NCBI GenBank assembly: GCA_037308085.1
Contig: CP147779.1
Span: forward strand, 1,920,001 to 1,984,000
DNA from: Promethearchaeati archaeon SRVP18_Atabeyarchaeia-1
Lineage (GTDB): Archaea > Asgardarchaeota > Atabeyarchaeia > Atabeyarchaeales > Atabeyarchaeaceae
Length of the DNA: 64,000 bases
Direction of reading: 5' to 3'
Shown: piece after piece, positions 50,050 through 59,266 of the stretch
How the letters are laid out: each line of letters opens with the position of its first letter
How positions within the stretch are numbered: position 1 is the first letter of the stretch
Translations under genes and position numbers: made by a program
Notes under the pieces: model-generated
Database searches by the model: none
The model's input: the letters and a program-made list of their open reading frames with translations, nothing else
What the model was told of the DNA's origin: nothing

Positions 50050-51286
50050 CCAAGGCGAAGCACTCAGCGGCCTAATGGCTGCCTACAATAACATTCTCAA
50101 CGCCATGCTGCAGTGCACCTGGAGGACGACAGAGTGGAGGAAGCACCAGATCAAGGGCAAGAAGCAGCACAGGCTCTACCCTATCTACAGGAAGGACAAC
50201 GCCTTCAGACGGGAGTTGAGAGACAGGTGCCTGGAAGAGTGGTGCTATGCCGCGCACTGGGTTGACTCCGCCTTGAAGACCGCCTTCAGCATCATGGCTT
50301 CCTGGAAGAGGAACTATGACAAGGGTGAGAGGAAGCGGACGTGCCCACATGCGGGGAGGCTCTTCCTGCGGGCCAAGCAGACCCTCCTCAAGCTTGAAGG
50401 CGAGAAGCTGAGGGTCACCATGAAGCCGCATGAGTTCGTTTACATCGACTTGTCCAGGCGCTACTTCAAGCTGCCTGACAGCGTGTCCTCCGCGGGCATA
50501 GGTGAACCCATCATCACGCGCGACAGGATACACTTGCCCATCCATGTTCCAGAAGAGCAGGAGAAGAGGCTGGCTGAGAGGGTGGCGTGGGACTCGAATA
50601 TGCTTAGCATGGATGGGTACAGCCCTGAGACTGGCTGGGTGAAGATTGATACGAGGAGGCTCGCCTCCGTCCACATTTCGTCCTTCGAGAAGAGGCGCAG
50701 CGTGCAGAGGAAGGCCTCCAAGTCGAAGCGAGCGAAGAGAACTCTCACAAAATACCGGAGGAGGGAGAGGCACCGCGCCAGGAAGCACCAGGTGGAAATA
50801 GCGAGAGTGATGCGATCCCTATCAGACGAAAACGGCTTCGAGGAGCTGCGCAAGGAGAGGCTCTACTCCAAGTCGAGGGTGTGGAACAGGCGGGTGGCGA
50901 GGACGGACTGGCGCGGAATAAGGAGGCTCGCAGGAGGCGTTGAGGTGCCTCCGCAGTTCACTTCGAAGACGTGCTCCAGATGCGGGTGCGTAAACAAAGA
51001 CCTAAGAGGAGGAGTAGCGGTCTTCGAGTGCAAGAACTGTGGGCTGCGGATTGATAGGCAGCTCAACGCAGCCATCAACCTCTACCTGAGGATGGAGGGC
51101 GTTCCCCACGAGGAGAAGCGGTGGGATGCAAGCATCCTGCCTTCCTTAGTGGGTGGGTACGCCCTGACGGGGGCGGAGCGGAGGGGTGCCGATGAACTCG
51201 TGAGGCGCCTACATGATGCGGTGAAGCCCCAGATCTACGTGGCATACGACAGGTACGCTGACGCATACCTACCTACGCCTACATAG
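50012..51286 (+). CDS. tnpB: IS607-associated TnpB with Gln at the RuvC-III Asp position
   Basis: VAWDSN, NGFEEL, CSRC/CKNC, IDRQLNAAINL. Confidence 0.9.
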   Translation: MLKALRTYSLSHNQGEALSGLMAAYNNILNAMLQCTWRTTEWRKHQIKGKKQHRLYPIYRKDNAFRRELRDRCLEEWCYAAHWVDSALKTAFSIMASWKRNYDKGERKRTCPHAGRLFLRAKQTLLKLEGEKLRVTMKPHEFVYIDLSRRYFKLPDSVSSAGIGEPIITRDRIHLPIHVPEEQEKRLAERVAWDSNMLSMDGYSPETGWVKIDTRRLASVHISSFEKRRSVQRKASKSKRAKRTLTKYRRRERHRARKHQVEIARVMRSLSDENGFEELRKERLYSKSRVWNRRVARTDWRGIRRLAGGVEVPPQFTSKTCSRCGCVNKDLRGGVAVFECKNCGLRIDRQLNAAINLYLRMEGVPHEEKRWDASILPSLVGGYALTGAERRGADELVRRLHDAVKPQIYVAYDRYADAYLPTPT

Positions 51287-51541
51287 GTTGAAACCCGTGT
51301 TTTACTATTGAGGCCTGAAATCTTGCGTCTCAATTACTCTGAATCCCCCAGCGCCAAAGGGCCGAGATTTTTAGAGTGGTGAGCCTCGACCGCAGCATGA
51401 AACCAAAAGAGGATAGATCCTTTAGAAGACCTGAACACACTTTCATCTTCATGTTTCTTCTGTCGTCCTCACATTCTTATCCTCGTTCAAGTATTGGCGC
51501 CTCTAGAAAAGTGAGACAAGGTATTAAGCTCTGGGGGATCT

Positions 51542-51787
51542 TTGATGCTCCCCACACTAGAGTACGGGGCGTTCTAGCCGCGACTCTTGTAGCGTCGGGG
51601 TGCTTGGTAGGCCTGGGTACTTCGGGCTCTTCGCCAATGAGCCGGTCGTAGCGCTTCGCGAGACTCCGCTTATGGGTGTGGCGGATGTTGGCTGCAAGCC
51701 ATTCAGCTCGTTGGGTGGCGGTTGACTGAATGAACCGAAAGTCAAGTATGAGGGGGAGGTAGTCCCTAGTAGCGGGGGGACTCGTAG
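51542..51787 (+). ncRNA. Candidate structured leader RNA, copy A
   Basis: 246 nt, colinear without indels to 54645-54890; multiple shared hairpins; downstream of AAGGTATTAAG. Confidence 0.5.
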
Positions 51788-52272
51788 CTGAAGCCGACTG
51801 GGCCAAGAGTTTTCGTGGTGGCAGCGCTCATTTTGATAGCCGCTGGGGGCATCGCCACCTATTACTTGCTCCCCAGACCTCCACGTGTATCGTCAATCAT
51901 TGTAGTGAGCTACCAACGCCTTGAAGGGTGTTGGCTTCTTGGTTCATGGACCGAGCTTGCCTCGGCGTGTCGGGCACTGTTCGGGCACCTCGGGGGCGCT
52001 GGGGTAGCGGCTTCGATCTCCGCAGGCGTAGATTCGGCACGCACCGTACCTATGCCGAGACAGGTACATCTTTATGTATTTAAACCCGCCATTCATCCCA
52101 CCCCTGAAGGGCGTGGGCATTCTGGCCCACGTTTGTAAAGTCAGTCAGTTTTGACGGTGCTGCCCACGGAAACGACTGGGCTGAGGGCATGGCATATGAC
52201 GAGACGAACCACCTGCTACTCGTCTCTGGATGCATCACAGTTGCAGGTCAAGGCAAGGGCATCTTCCTCTAG
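51788..52272 (+). pseudogene. Truncated paralogue of the beta-propeller gene, interrupted by a 230-bp mini-IS
   Basis: Removing 51905-52134 gives ...SIIVVKSVSFDGAAHGNDWA...GKGIFL*, matching the intact copy's NVVKSISFDGGAGGNDWA. Confidence 0.9.
51905..52134 (-). mobile_element. Non-coding mini IS605 (PATE-like): left end, TATA, omegaRNA-like region and right end, no tnpB
   Basis: TTTAC|AAACGTGGGCCAGAATG-CCCAC hairpin, TTTAAATA, ...GAAG-CCAACAC..CGTTGG-TAGCTCAC; no target duplication. Confidence 0.92.
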
Positions 52273-52337
52273 GTAAGATGGCCATAGGTGTGCATATCTA
52301 CCCCTCCTCGCGCACTTCTGCTCGAGGATTAAGACTG

Positions 52338-54539
52338 CTACGGGGACACCTCAACCCATATTGGCCCCGCATATGCGGTTCGACCATTATCTCCAACTAC
52401 CCGTAGCAGGTAAAAGTCTGCTCCAGAAGTGTTTAGCGTGTTTGCATCTATTGGGTTGTCGCTGTAGCCGTTTATGTAGTATTTTCCATCCACCTGAACG
52501 CAGTTCCCCACGCCGTAAGATGTTCCCGTAATGGGAGTAGCGTCAATTAGCGTTACGTTTGCCAAAGGTGTACTTATTGGGATTCGGACTAGGAGGTTGC
52601 CGTTTTTGAAGATCTCGACATTAGCCCCCCAGTCAGGCACCCAGTTAGGCGTTACTGATGCTGCTTGAGGGCGCTTATTAGCTGCAGGTGCCCCATCCTG
52701 CGCAATCACGACGCTTATCTGTCGTGCGGTCGAGGCGTTAGCCACTTTCAGCGTGGAGCCATCACCGACGCGCGTCCCATTGATCGTGAAACTGATGAAA
52801 GGTCGCCCATAGTCGGAGGAAGCGAAGATCCTCTGGTTCTCCAATCCAGTGAAGACTGAATCTCGCGTGAGGTTCAACGCGTACACCGCCGTTATCCCGC
52901 TAGGGTAGGGCATGCCGCCGCGAATATTCCAAGTCGTCCAAGGCCGCTGGTGACCAATATAGGCGTTTGTGTGGCTCAGTGAGTGGCCTGGGTGACCGTC
53001 ATGGTTATCGCCTGAGGCGTACACCGTCATTCTGTACCCCATCTTGAAGGCGTCCATGACGCAGCTCCCAGGAGTGTACGCGGGTGGCGGATCGACGCAG
53101 CCCCTGTAGTTAAGGGGATCGCGCTGCTCAAAGAGGCACTCGCCGTGAACAGATGTGACTTCCACGATCTTCACGTACTTCGGATTAATGTAAGTCCAAT
53201 CCTCCATATACTCCTCCTCTGTTGTGTGATGAGGCATCGCTAGCGCCTGGCAGCCAGTGGCATTAGTGAAGGCATCGAGAACGTTCCAAAGATCCTGAGT
53301 TGTAGGCAAAGTCATGTAGGAGATGACTGGATTCCTTGGCAAACTGTTACCACTGAATAAGCAGACGTAATGTCCTGTGCTCGTCTGGGTCCACTCAACC
53401 CCTTGGAGCGCAACGAAGCTACCAGGATCGTAGACCAAGTTGGTCACCCACTCGGAGTGATCCATAGCCCCAACCAGAGCCCCAAACCCAAGATTCATGA
53501 CCTCCCCGTGATCCGTCAGAGCACAATAATCAAGGCAAGCAACGTACCTCGCATAATAGTAGTTGTGTTCCGCCGATCCGCTTCCGTCGGAGAGCTCTGA
53601 GTGGCTGTGGATGTCGCCCCAATAGATCATTGGATCCGCACTTGAAAGGTTCTCGACGATAATAGGGTTGCTCCAATACGTGTTCTGTGTAACAGAGTCA
53701 TTGACCAATAGATAATGAATGCCTGGAGTATCTATCCTCGCAGTGAAGACATGGAGCCCGTTATCTCTTCCATCGCGGATCTCATAGGCCATGTCGCTGC
53801 CAAAATCCTGCCCAGTAAAGGTGTAGGCGCTCGGCAAGCCTGCATTGACCGAAGAGAGCAGCTCGAATGTCGTAAGATTATACGACGTCACCGAGAACTG
53901 AACTGTGCCCTTGTAGACCGCACTCAGGCGCTCATATGGATCCCATGCCTCAACTGCCACACTAAAATTCGAACCAGAGTTTACTGTTGTGGGCGCATGA
54001 ATCCACAGCAGCCGAGGATCATTGTCAAAGGCTACTCCGAGGTCCACGCTCACACTGCACCAGAGAATCGTCGGAACGAGGACGAGTAAAATCGCAAGGG
54101 AAACCTTTGCATACTTCGGCATCCGTTTAGTGAATCCATCGTACTGCACTAACCACGTTGACCTACGGGTCCTCTTTCTGCTCCGGATCCTCCACACCGC
54201 GAACACAACTGCATATGCAATCATAGTGCCTGGTCCAATGGCGATGGAGAAATACGACGTCGAATAACTGGGACCCCCAAATACGCTGAGGGTATTGAGA
54301 TACGACATAGTATTCAAGATCAAGGTACTTACGCCAGAGGTCCAAGCCAAGACAAGCCCATGGAACCTCCACGCGGAATTCCTAAAGAGAACAAAGTAAA
54401 GGATACCTATTACCAACCCGATGAAGCTGAAGAAGAAAGAAGCCGTCCAATATACACCAAAGACAAAGACCACTAGGCGGAGTACCCTCAACGCGCTTCT
54501 TGAGAAATGATAACTGTGTCTTGGCGGGCGGGTTGCCAA
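52338..54539 (-). CDS. Membrane-anchored DUF3604/PHP-fold metallohydrolase, paralogue 2
   Basis: YWGDIHSHSELSDG and other motifs; colinear with 14535-16709, same AYAGPIWVEVSP terminus. Confidence 0.8.
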   Translation of the reverse strand: MATRPPRHSYHFSRSALRVLRLVVFVFGVYWTASFFFSFIGLVIGILYFVLFRNSAWRFHGLVLAWTSGVSTLILNTMSYLNTLSVFGGPSYSTSYFSIAIGPGTMIAYAVVFAVWRIRSRKRTRRSTWLVQYDGFTKRMPKYAKVSLAILLVLVPTILWCSVSVDLGVAFDNDPRLLWIHAPTTVNSGSNFSVAVEAWDPYERLSAVYKGTVQFSVTSYNLTTFELLSSVNAGLPSAYTFTGQDFGSDMAYEIRDGRDNGLHVFTARIDTPGIHYLLVNDSVTQNTYWSNPIIVENLSSADPMIYWGDIHSHSELSDGSGSAEHNYYYARYVACLDYCALTDHGEVMNLGFGALVGAMDHSEWVTNLVYDPGSFVALQGVEWTQTSTGHYVCLFSGNSLPRNPVISYMTLPTTQDLWNVLDAFTNATGCQALAMPHHTTEEEYMEDWTYINPKYVKIVEVTSVHGECLFEQRDPLNYRGCVDPPPAYTPGSCVMDAFKMGYRMTVYASGDNHDGHPGHSLSHTNAYIGHQRPWTTWNIRGGMPYPSGITAVYALNLTRDSVFTGLENQRIFASSDYGRPFISFTINGTRVGDGSTLKVANASTARQISVVIAQDGAPAANKRPQAASVTPNWVPDWGANVEIFKNGNLLVRIPISTPLANVTLIDATPITGTSYGVGNCVQVDGKYYINGYSDNPIDANTLNTSGADFYLLRVVGDNGRTAYAGPIWVEVSP

Positions 54540-54644
54540 GGATTACAGACTCCAATCTCACCAGGTCCTGTAACTTGGCTTCTCTCTCGGTCCTTACTAT
54601 TAATCCTTTCGAAAAGAGAAACAAGGTATTAAGCTCGCGCATAT

Positions 54645-54890
54645 TTGATGCTCCCCGCACTAAGGTGCGAGGCCTTCTCGCCGCGATTCTTGTAACATCA
54701 GAGTGCTTGGCAGGTCTGGGCACCTCAGGCTCTTCGTCAATGAGCCAATCGTAGCGCCAGACGAAGCTTCGCTTACGGGCGCAGCGGAGGTTTACTCAAA
54801 GCCATCCAGCTCATCGGGTGGTACTTGGCTAAATGAACCGAAAGCCAGATATGAGCGGGAGGTAATCCCTAGTAGCGGGGGGACTCGCAG
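54645..54890 (+). ncRNA. Candidate structured leader RNA, copy B
   Basis: Colinear with copy A; includes a compensatory A-T to G-C pair (TTGACT/AGTCAA vs TTGGCT/AGCCAG). Confidence 0.5.
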
Positions 54891-56114
54891 CTGAAACCGG
54901 CTGGGCTAAGAGTTGTCGCGGTGGCAGCACTCATTTTTATAGTCGCTGGGGGCATCGCTACCTATTACTTGCTCCCCAGGCCTCCGCGGGTACCGTTAGT
55001 CAATGTGGTCAAGTCTATCAGTTTTGACGGTGGTGCCGGGGGAAACGACTGGGCTGTGGGCATGTTCTACGACGAGACGAACCACCTGCTGTTCGTCTCC
55101 GGGTGCATCACGGTTCCGGGTCAAGGGAAGGACATCTTCCTCGCTAAGTATGACGAGGACCTCAATCAGATCAAGAACACAACCTTCCAAGGCGCAGGGC
55201 AAAATGACGATGTTGGATATGTCCTGACGCTTGGAGATCCCGGGATGCTATATGTCATCGGATACGTCAACGTAACGAATCATAGGAATGACATCTGGAT
55301 CGCCAAATACAATTATGACCTGGTAGTCCAGAAGTATACGCTGATCGACGGCAAAGCACACGGGACTGATGATGGCTACGGAATAATCTACCGCGCCGGG
55401 TATCTCTACGTCGCAGGCACTGTGACGGAGCCTGATGGAGGCTACAACCTCTTCGTCGCCAAGTATGACACAGATCTAAACCAGATCAAGAATTATACAT
55501 TCAATGGCGCCGGAGACGGCACGGATAAGGCCAGGTTCCTCACCTTCGGCCCAGACGGTACCCTCTACGTGAGTGGATCCATCTGCCAACCCGATACAGG
55601 GGTCGACATCTGGCTCGGTCATTTCACAACGGATCTTGATCTGCTCGATGAGGCCGTAGTCCCTGGACCTATGCCTGGCGCTGAAGACAAAGGCTTCGGG
55701 CTTGCCTTCGACTCGCTGGGGAACCTTTACACCGTAGGCATGAAAACAGAGTCTGGTCAAGGAACCAACTTATGGCTAGGGAAATTCGACTCGGATCTGA
55801 ATCTCCTGGACAACGTCACCTTCGACGGGCCGGCTCACGGAGAAGACGTCGCCTATGACTTTGTCATGCTAAGCGACAACGTCCTGCTAGTAGCCGGAGT
55901 CTACAGCGAGACGCTAGGGGGGCCAAACGCATACCTTGCCGAATACACGAGTGACTTCCGCATAATCACATCCTACACCAAGGATGGCTCGGCGCATGAC
56001 TACGACGTTGCCTACGGCCCTATATGGGGACCCGGCGGCGACATCTACGTGTCCGGATTCTTGACTGAGGTTTCTGAAGGGCAGAACGGATGGCTTACAC
56101 GGATAAGAGTGTAG
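54891..56114 (+). CDS. Membrane-anchored beta-propeller repeat protein (about 7 repeats, SBBP-like); probable CTG start
   Basis: Repeated DI(W/F)xAKYD.DLN....T.DG.....D.GY units. CTG AA(A/G) CCG is conserved in both copies after GGGGGG and gives MKPAGLRVVAVAALIF. Confidence 0.8.
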   Translation: MKPAGLRVVAVAALIFIVAGGIATYYLLPRPPRVPLVNVVKSISFDGGAGGNDWAVGMFYDETNHLLFVSGCITVPGQGKDIFLAKYDEDLNQIKNTTFQGAGQNDDVGYVLTLGDPGMLYVIGYVNVTNHRNDIWIAKYNYDLVVQKYTLIDGKAHGTDDGYGIIYRAGYLYVAGTVTEPDGGYNLFVAKYDTDLNQIKNYTFNGAGDGTDKARFLTFGPDGTLYVSGSICQPDTGVDIWLGHFTTDLDLLDEAVVPGPMPGAEDKGFGLAFDSLGNLYTVGMKTESGQGTNLWLGKFDSDLNLLDNVTFDGPAHGEDVAYDFVMLSDNVLLVAGVYSETLGGPNAYLAEYTSDFRIITSYTKDGSAHDYDVAYGPIWGPGGDIYVSGFLTEVSEGQNGWLTRIRV

Positions 56115-56415
56115 ACGGACCCGCTTGTCGTACTGCTGAGAAGGAAATATGCACATTCGCACTCGCAATAAGCGTCCCATAGTGATCTCGCATCGTTGCG
56201 ATAGATGTCTACGCGATATTTCCCAATAGTATAATTTCGTGCGACTGTCGCAAAACTCTTCGGACTAACCGGGGTGATTGCGGCAAGGTATAAATGCCAT
56301 CGCAAACTTACGTGTTTTTCACGCGGAAGTCAGTCGGATTTCAGACGACTCAAAGGAGGGGGCTACATAAGTAGATCCCTACCAAAAGAGTTGTTCCGCA
56401 CTGGGGGGACCCGTA

Positions 56416-59202
56416 ATGACTAATGATGGAACTGTTTCGAAGAGGTTGTCATCATATGATTTCTCGAATGTGACCAGCAGTATTCTCAATCTTCCCCCTG
56501 TTCTGTCTGAAGACCAGGGAGAAGCCGCGCTGTCGAAGTCCAGATACACTAGAGTAATCGCGGGCGCAGGGGCTGGAAAAACAGAAACGTTGGCTAGACG
56601 GATAGCCTGCCTACTCTTGGTAGAAGGAGTCGAACCGAGACGCGTCGTTGCCTTCACTTTCACCGAGAAAGCCGCCCGGAGCATGAAAAGTCGAATCTAT
56701 CACACGGTGGAGAAACTCGCTGGGTCCGGGGCCACTGCAAATCTCGGCGAAATGTATATTGGAACGATCCACGGGTATGCCAAACGAATACTAGAAGATC
56801 ACTTCGGATATGGTAACTATGGCGTTCTGGACGAGGGCAAAGAAGTTGCATTCCTCATGAGGCATGGATGGAACATACATTCACACCTATACGCAGGTAA
56901 CTATGCGGAGAGTTGTCGGATTTTCCTGCGAACGGTAAACATGGTCTGGGACGAGATGCTTGACGAAGGGCAAGTTGAGCAAAGAGCGCCGCCTTTCTTC
57001 AGGAGGATGAAGCGCTATGAGGATCTACTCAAGGTCCACAGACAGCTCACTTTTGGCAGAATGATCCATGAAGCGGTATTGAACCTGAGAAGCAACCCAG
57101 ACAAACTTGGACATGTTAGGCATGTCATCATAGACGAATACCAAGACATAAACAGAGCCCAATGGGAACTCATAAACCTGGTAGGTCAAAACAGTTCAGT
57201 ATTCATTGTGGGAGACCCAAGGCAGAGCATCTATCAGTGGAGAGGATCTGATGAGGAGTTCTTTGAGAAATTCGCTAAGGATTTCCCAAAGGTGAAAACC
57301 GTAACTCTCACGGAAAATCGAAGGAGCGCCAAGAGAATCGTGAGGAACGCCAATTGCTTTGCAGATAGTTTTGAGAAAAGAGCATATGAACATATGGAGC
57401 CAACAAGAAAGGATGACGGGTTCATCGGATTAGCGAGCCTTGAGACCCCTGACGACGAGGCGAAATGGATTGCAGACCAGATAGAGGACTTGATAAAGAA
57501 AAAAAGCCTGAAGTTCTCAGACATAGGTGTTCTGACGAGAAGCGTCAGCACCTCAGCAGGGCCGCTTATTCACGAACTAAAGAAGCGGAAAGTGCCCTAC
57601 ATCGTGGGGGGCAAGGTCGGTCTCTTCAAAAGAGATGAAGCACGCGCGCTTGGGATGATTTTCTCTTGGTTCTGGGAGGACGGGTTTTGGACTGACGATC
57701 CATACAGAAGAGATGAGAGCATATCTGGAAATGCGCTTTTGAGTGCAGCGCTGAAGTGCTGGGATTCCGCGCATCAGCATGGACACCCCACCAGCGCAGA
57801 AATCAAGTTGAGACGAATCAAAGGAGATCTGAACTCTGAGAAGTCCTTCTACCGAAACTTCACCAAGATCTACTATGACATCCTCAACGCGCTTGGATAT
57901 GAAAAGTTGGATTACGCGAACACAAATGATGCAACCGTCATGGCAAATCTTGGTCGATTTAACGTTCTACTGACAGACTATGAATTCGCAAATCGGATCG
58001 GGGGAAGAAGACCTGAATGGGCTCACGACCTGAAAGGGCTATTCTGGTTCATCAACAGCTACGCTCTACTCGCTTATGAGGAACAGCCTTCGGATGACAT
58101 ACGGGGAGTGGATGCAGTCCAAATCATGACTATTCACCAAGCGAAAGGTCTTGAGTGGCCGATAGTCTTCTTGTTTGCGAACGTAACGAGGAGATTCCCA
58201 CCCAGCCGCATGGGAAGACCTCAGGAGTGGTGTGACGTACCGAGAGAAATGTTTGATGCGAAGAGGTATGAGGGCGGTCTCGAAGATGAAAGAAGGCTCT
58301 TTTACGTTGCAGTAACGAGATCAAAAGATGCCCTAGTAATCAGCCACTTCAGGAGAATAAGCAACAACATAAGCAGAAGCATGCTCATCGACAGTCTCGA
58401 CAAGGACGCCCTGACGGAACTAAGTGACAAACAGAGACTCCCTGAACTTGCCATTCACGCAAATTCACAGCCAGACGAAATCCAGACTTTCACCGCTGAA
58501 GAGGTCATCACTTTCAGCATATGCCCGCACATGTACCTCTTAAGAGATATCTGGGGATACCAACCAGAACTCAGGCAGGCAATAGGATTCGGTAATGGTC
58601 TCCATTATTGCCTCCGAAGAGCAGGCGAACTTATCAAGAACGAAGGCTACAGCCCAATAGAAGCAGCTGAAAAAGCAGTCAAGGAAGACTTTCATATGCC
58701 TTTCGTCGGAGGCGAAGTACTCGAAAACTTTAGAAAAAGCGCGGGAAAGATGCTCCGCAGATTCGCAGAGAAATACGGCGACGATCTCAAGCGGATCGAG
58801 GAAGTAGAATACAGAATCGAGTATCCAATAAAGAGCCCTACAAATGCAGCGACGATTATGGGCAAGGTGGATGTGATTCTGAGAGATGGGGGTTCCATGG
58901 AGGTTAGAGACTACAAGACCTCCGCGAAAGTTAGGACATCCGAAGAGATCTCTACTCAGGTCACCTTATACGCCGCTGGTCTCAAGAGCGTGGGCAGACC
59001 TGTAACAAGCGGATCTGTTGCCTACCTAAAGGAAGGAGACGTGAAGACGGTTGATGTTAGCGACCCTGCCCTAAGTAACGCAAAGGGGGAGGCTGGCAGG
59101 ACCATTGAGAGCATCATGAAGCGGCAATTCGCGCCTGCTCCCGGAAAGAACTGCAGTCGATGCGATCAAGCCCCAATATGCAGATGGCGGTCTAGTCACT
59201 AA
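56416..59202 (+). CDS. UvrD/PcrA-family SF1 helicase fused to a C-terminal PD-(D/E)XK nuclease with a 4-Cys (Fe-S) motif
   Basis: AGAGAGKT, DEYQD, GDPRQSIYQWRG, TIHQAKGLEW, ERRLFYVAVTR; ICPH...GKVD...DYKT...CSRC-x5-C. Confidence 0.92.
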   Translation: MTNDGTVSKRLSSYDFSNVTSSILNLPPVLSEDQGEAALSKSRYTRVIAGAGAGKTETLARRIACLLLVEGVEPRRVVAFTFTEKAARSMKSRIYHTVEKLAGSGATANLGEMYIGTIHGYAKRILEDHFGYGNYGVLDEGKEVAFLMRHGWNIHSHLYAGNYAESCRIFLRTVNMVWDEMLDEGQVEQRAPPFFRRMKRYEDLLKVHRQLTFGRMIHEAVLNLRSNPDKLGHVRHVIIDEYQDINRAQWELINLVGQNSSVFIVGDPRQSIYQWRGSDEEFFEKFAKDFPKVKTVTLTENRRSAKRIVRNANCFADSFEKRAYEHMEPTRKDDGFIGLASLETPDDEAKWIADQIEDLIKKKSLKFSDIGVLTRSVSTSAGPLIHELKKRKVPYIVGGKVGLFKRDEARALGMIFSWFWEDGFWTDDPYRRDESISGNALLSAALKCWDSAHQHGHPTSAEIKLRRIKGDLNSEKSFYRNFTKIYYDILNALGYEKLDYANTNDATVMANLGRFNVLLTDYEFANRIGGRRPEWAHDLKGLFWFINSYALLAYEEQPSDDIRGVDAVQIMTIHQAKGLEWPIVFLFANVTRRFPPSRMGRPQEWCDVPREMFDAKRYEGGLEDERRLFYVAVTRSKDALVISHFRRISNNISRSMLIDSLDKDALTELSDKQRLPELAIHANSQPDEIQTFTAEEVITFSICPHMYLLRDIWGYQPELRQAIGFGNGLHYCLRRAGELIKNEGYSPIEAAEKAVKEDFHMPFVGGEVLENFRKSAGKMLRRFAEKYGDDLKRIEEVEYRIEYPIKSPTNAATIMGKVDVILRDGGSMEVRDYKTSAKVRTSEEISTQVTLYAAGLKSVGRPVTSGSVAYLKEGDVKTVDVSDPALSNAKGEAGRTIESIMKRQFAPAPGKNCSRCDQAPICRWRSSH

Positions 59203-59266
59203 GCAAAGAACGAGGCAGTTGTAGTCGAAGTCGAGAGTTCAACCAAAAAGACCAGAGAGTGGAGAT

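Larger units (their letters stand above)
49419..51296 (+). mobile_element. IS607-type element (serine tnpA pseudogene plus tnpB); left boundary approximate
   Basis: HTH + serine recombinase followed by overlapping tnpB; right end defined by the orphan copy at 24941. Confidence 0.85.

Noticed and set aside
51542-51787. Group II intron or cobalamin riboswitch identity for the duplicated leader (contains GAGCC and AAGCCAG-like words)
   Set aside because: No domain V/VI geometry, no RT gene and no B12-box/GGGAA core.
51477-51806. Minus-strand 109-aa ORF across leader copy A as a real gene
   Set aside because: The same frame in copy B has three stop codons; kept only as an alternative (pseudogene) explanation for the leader.
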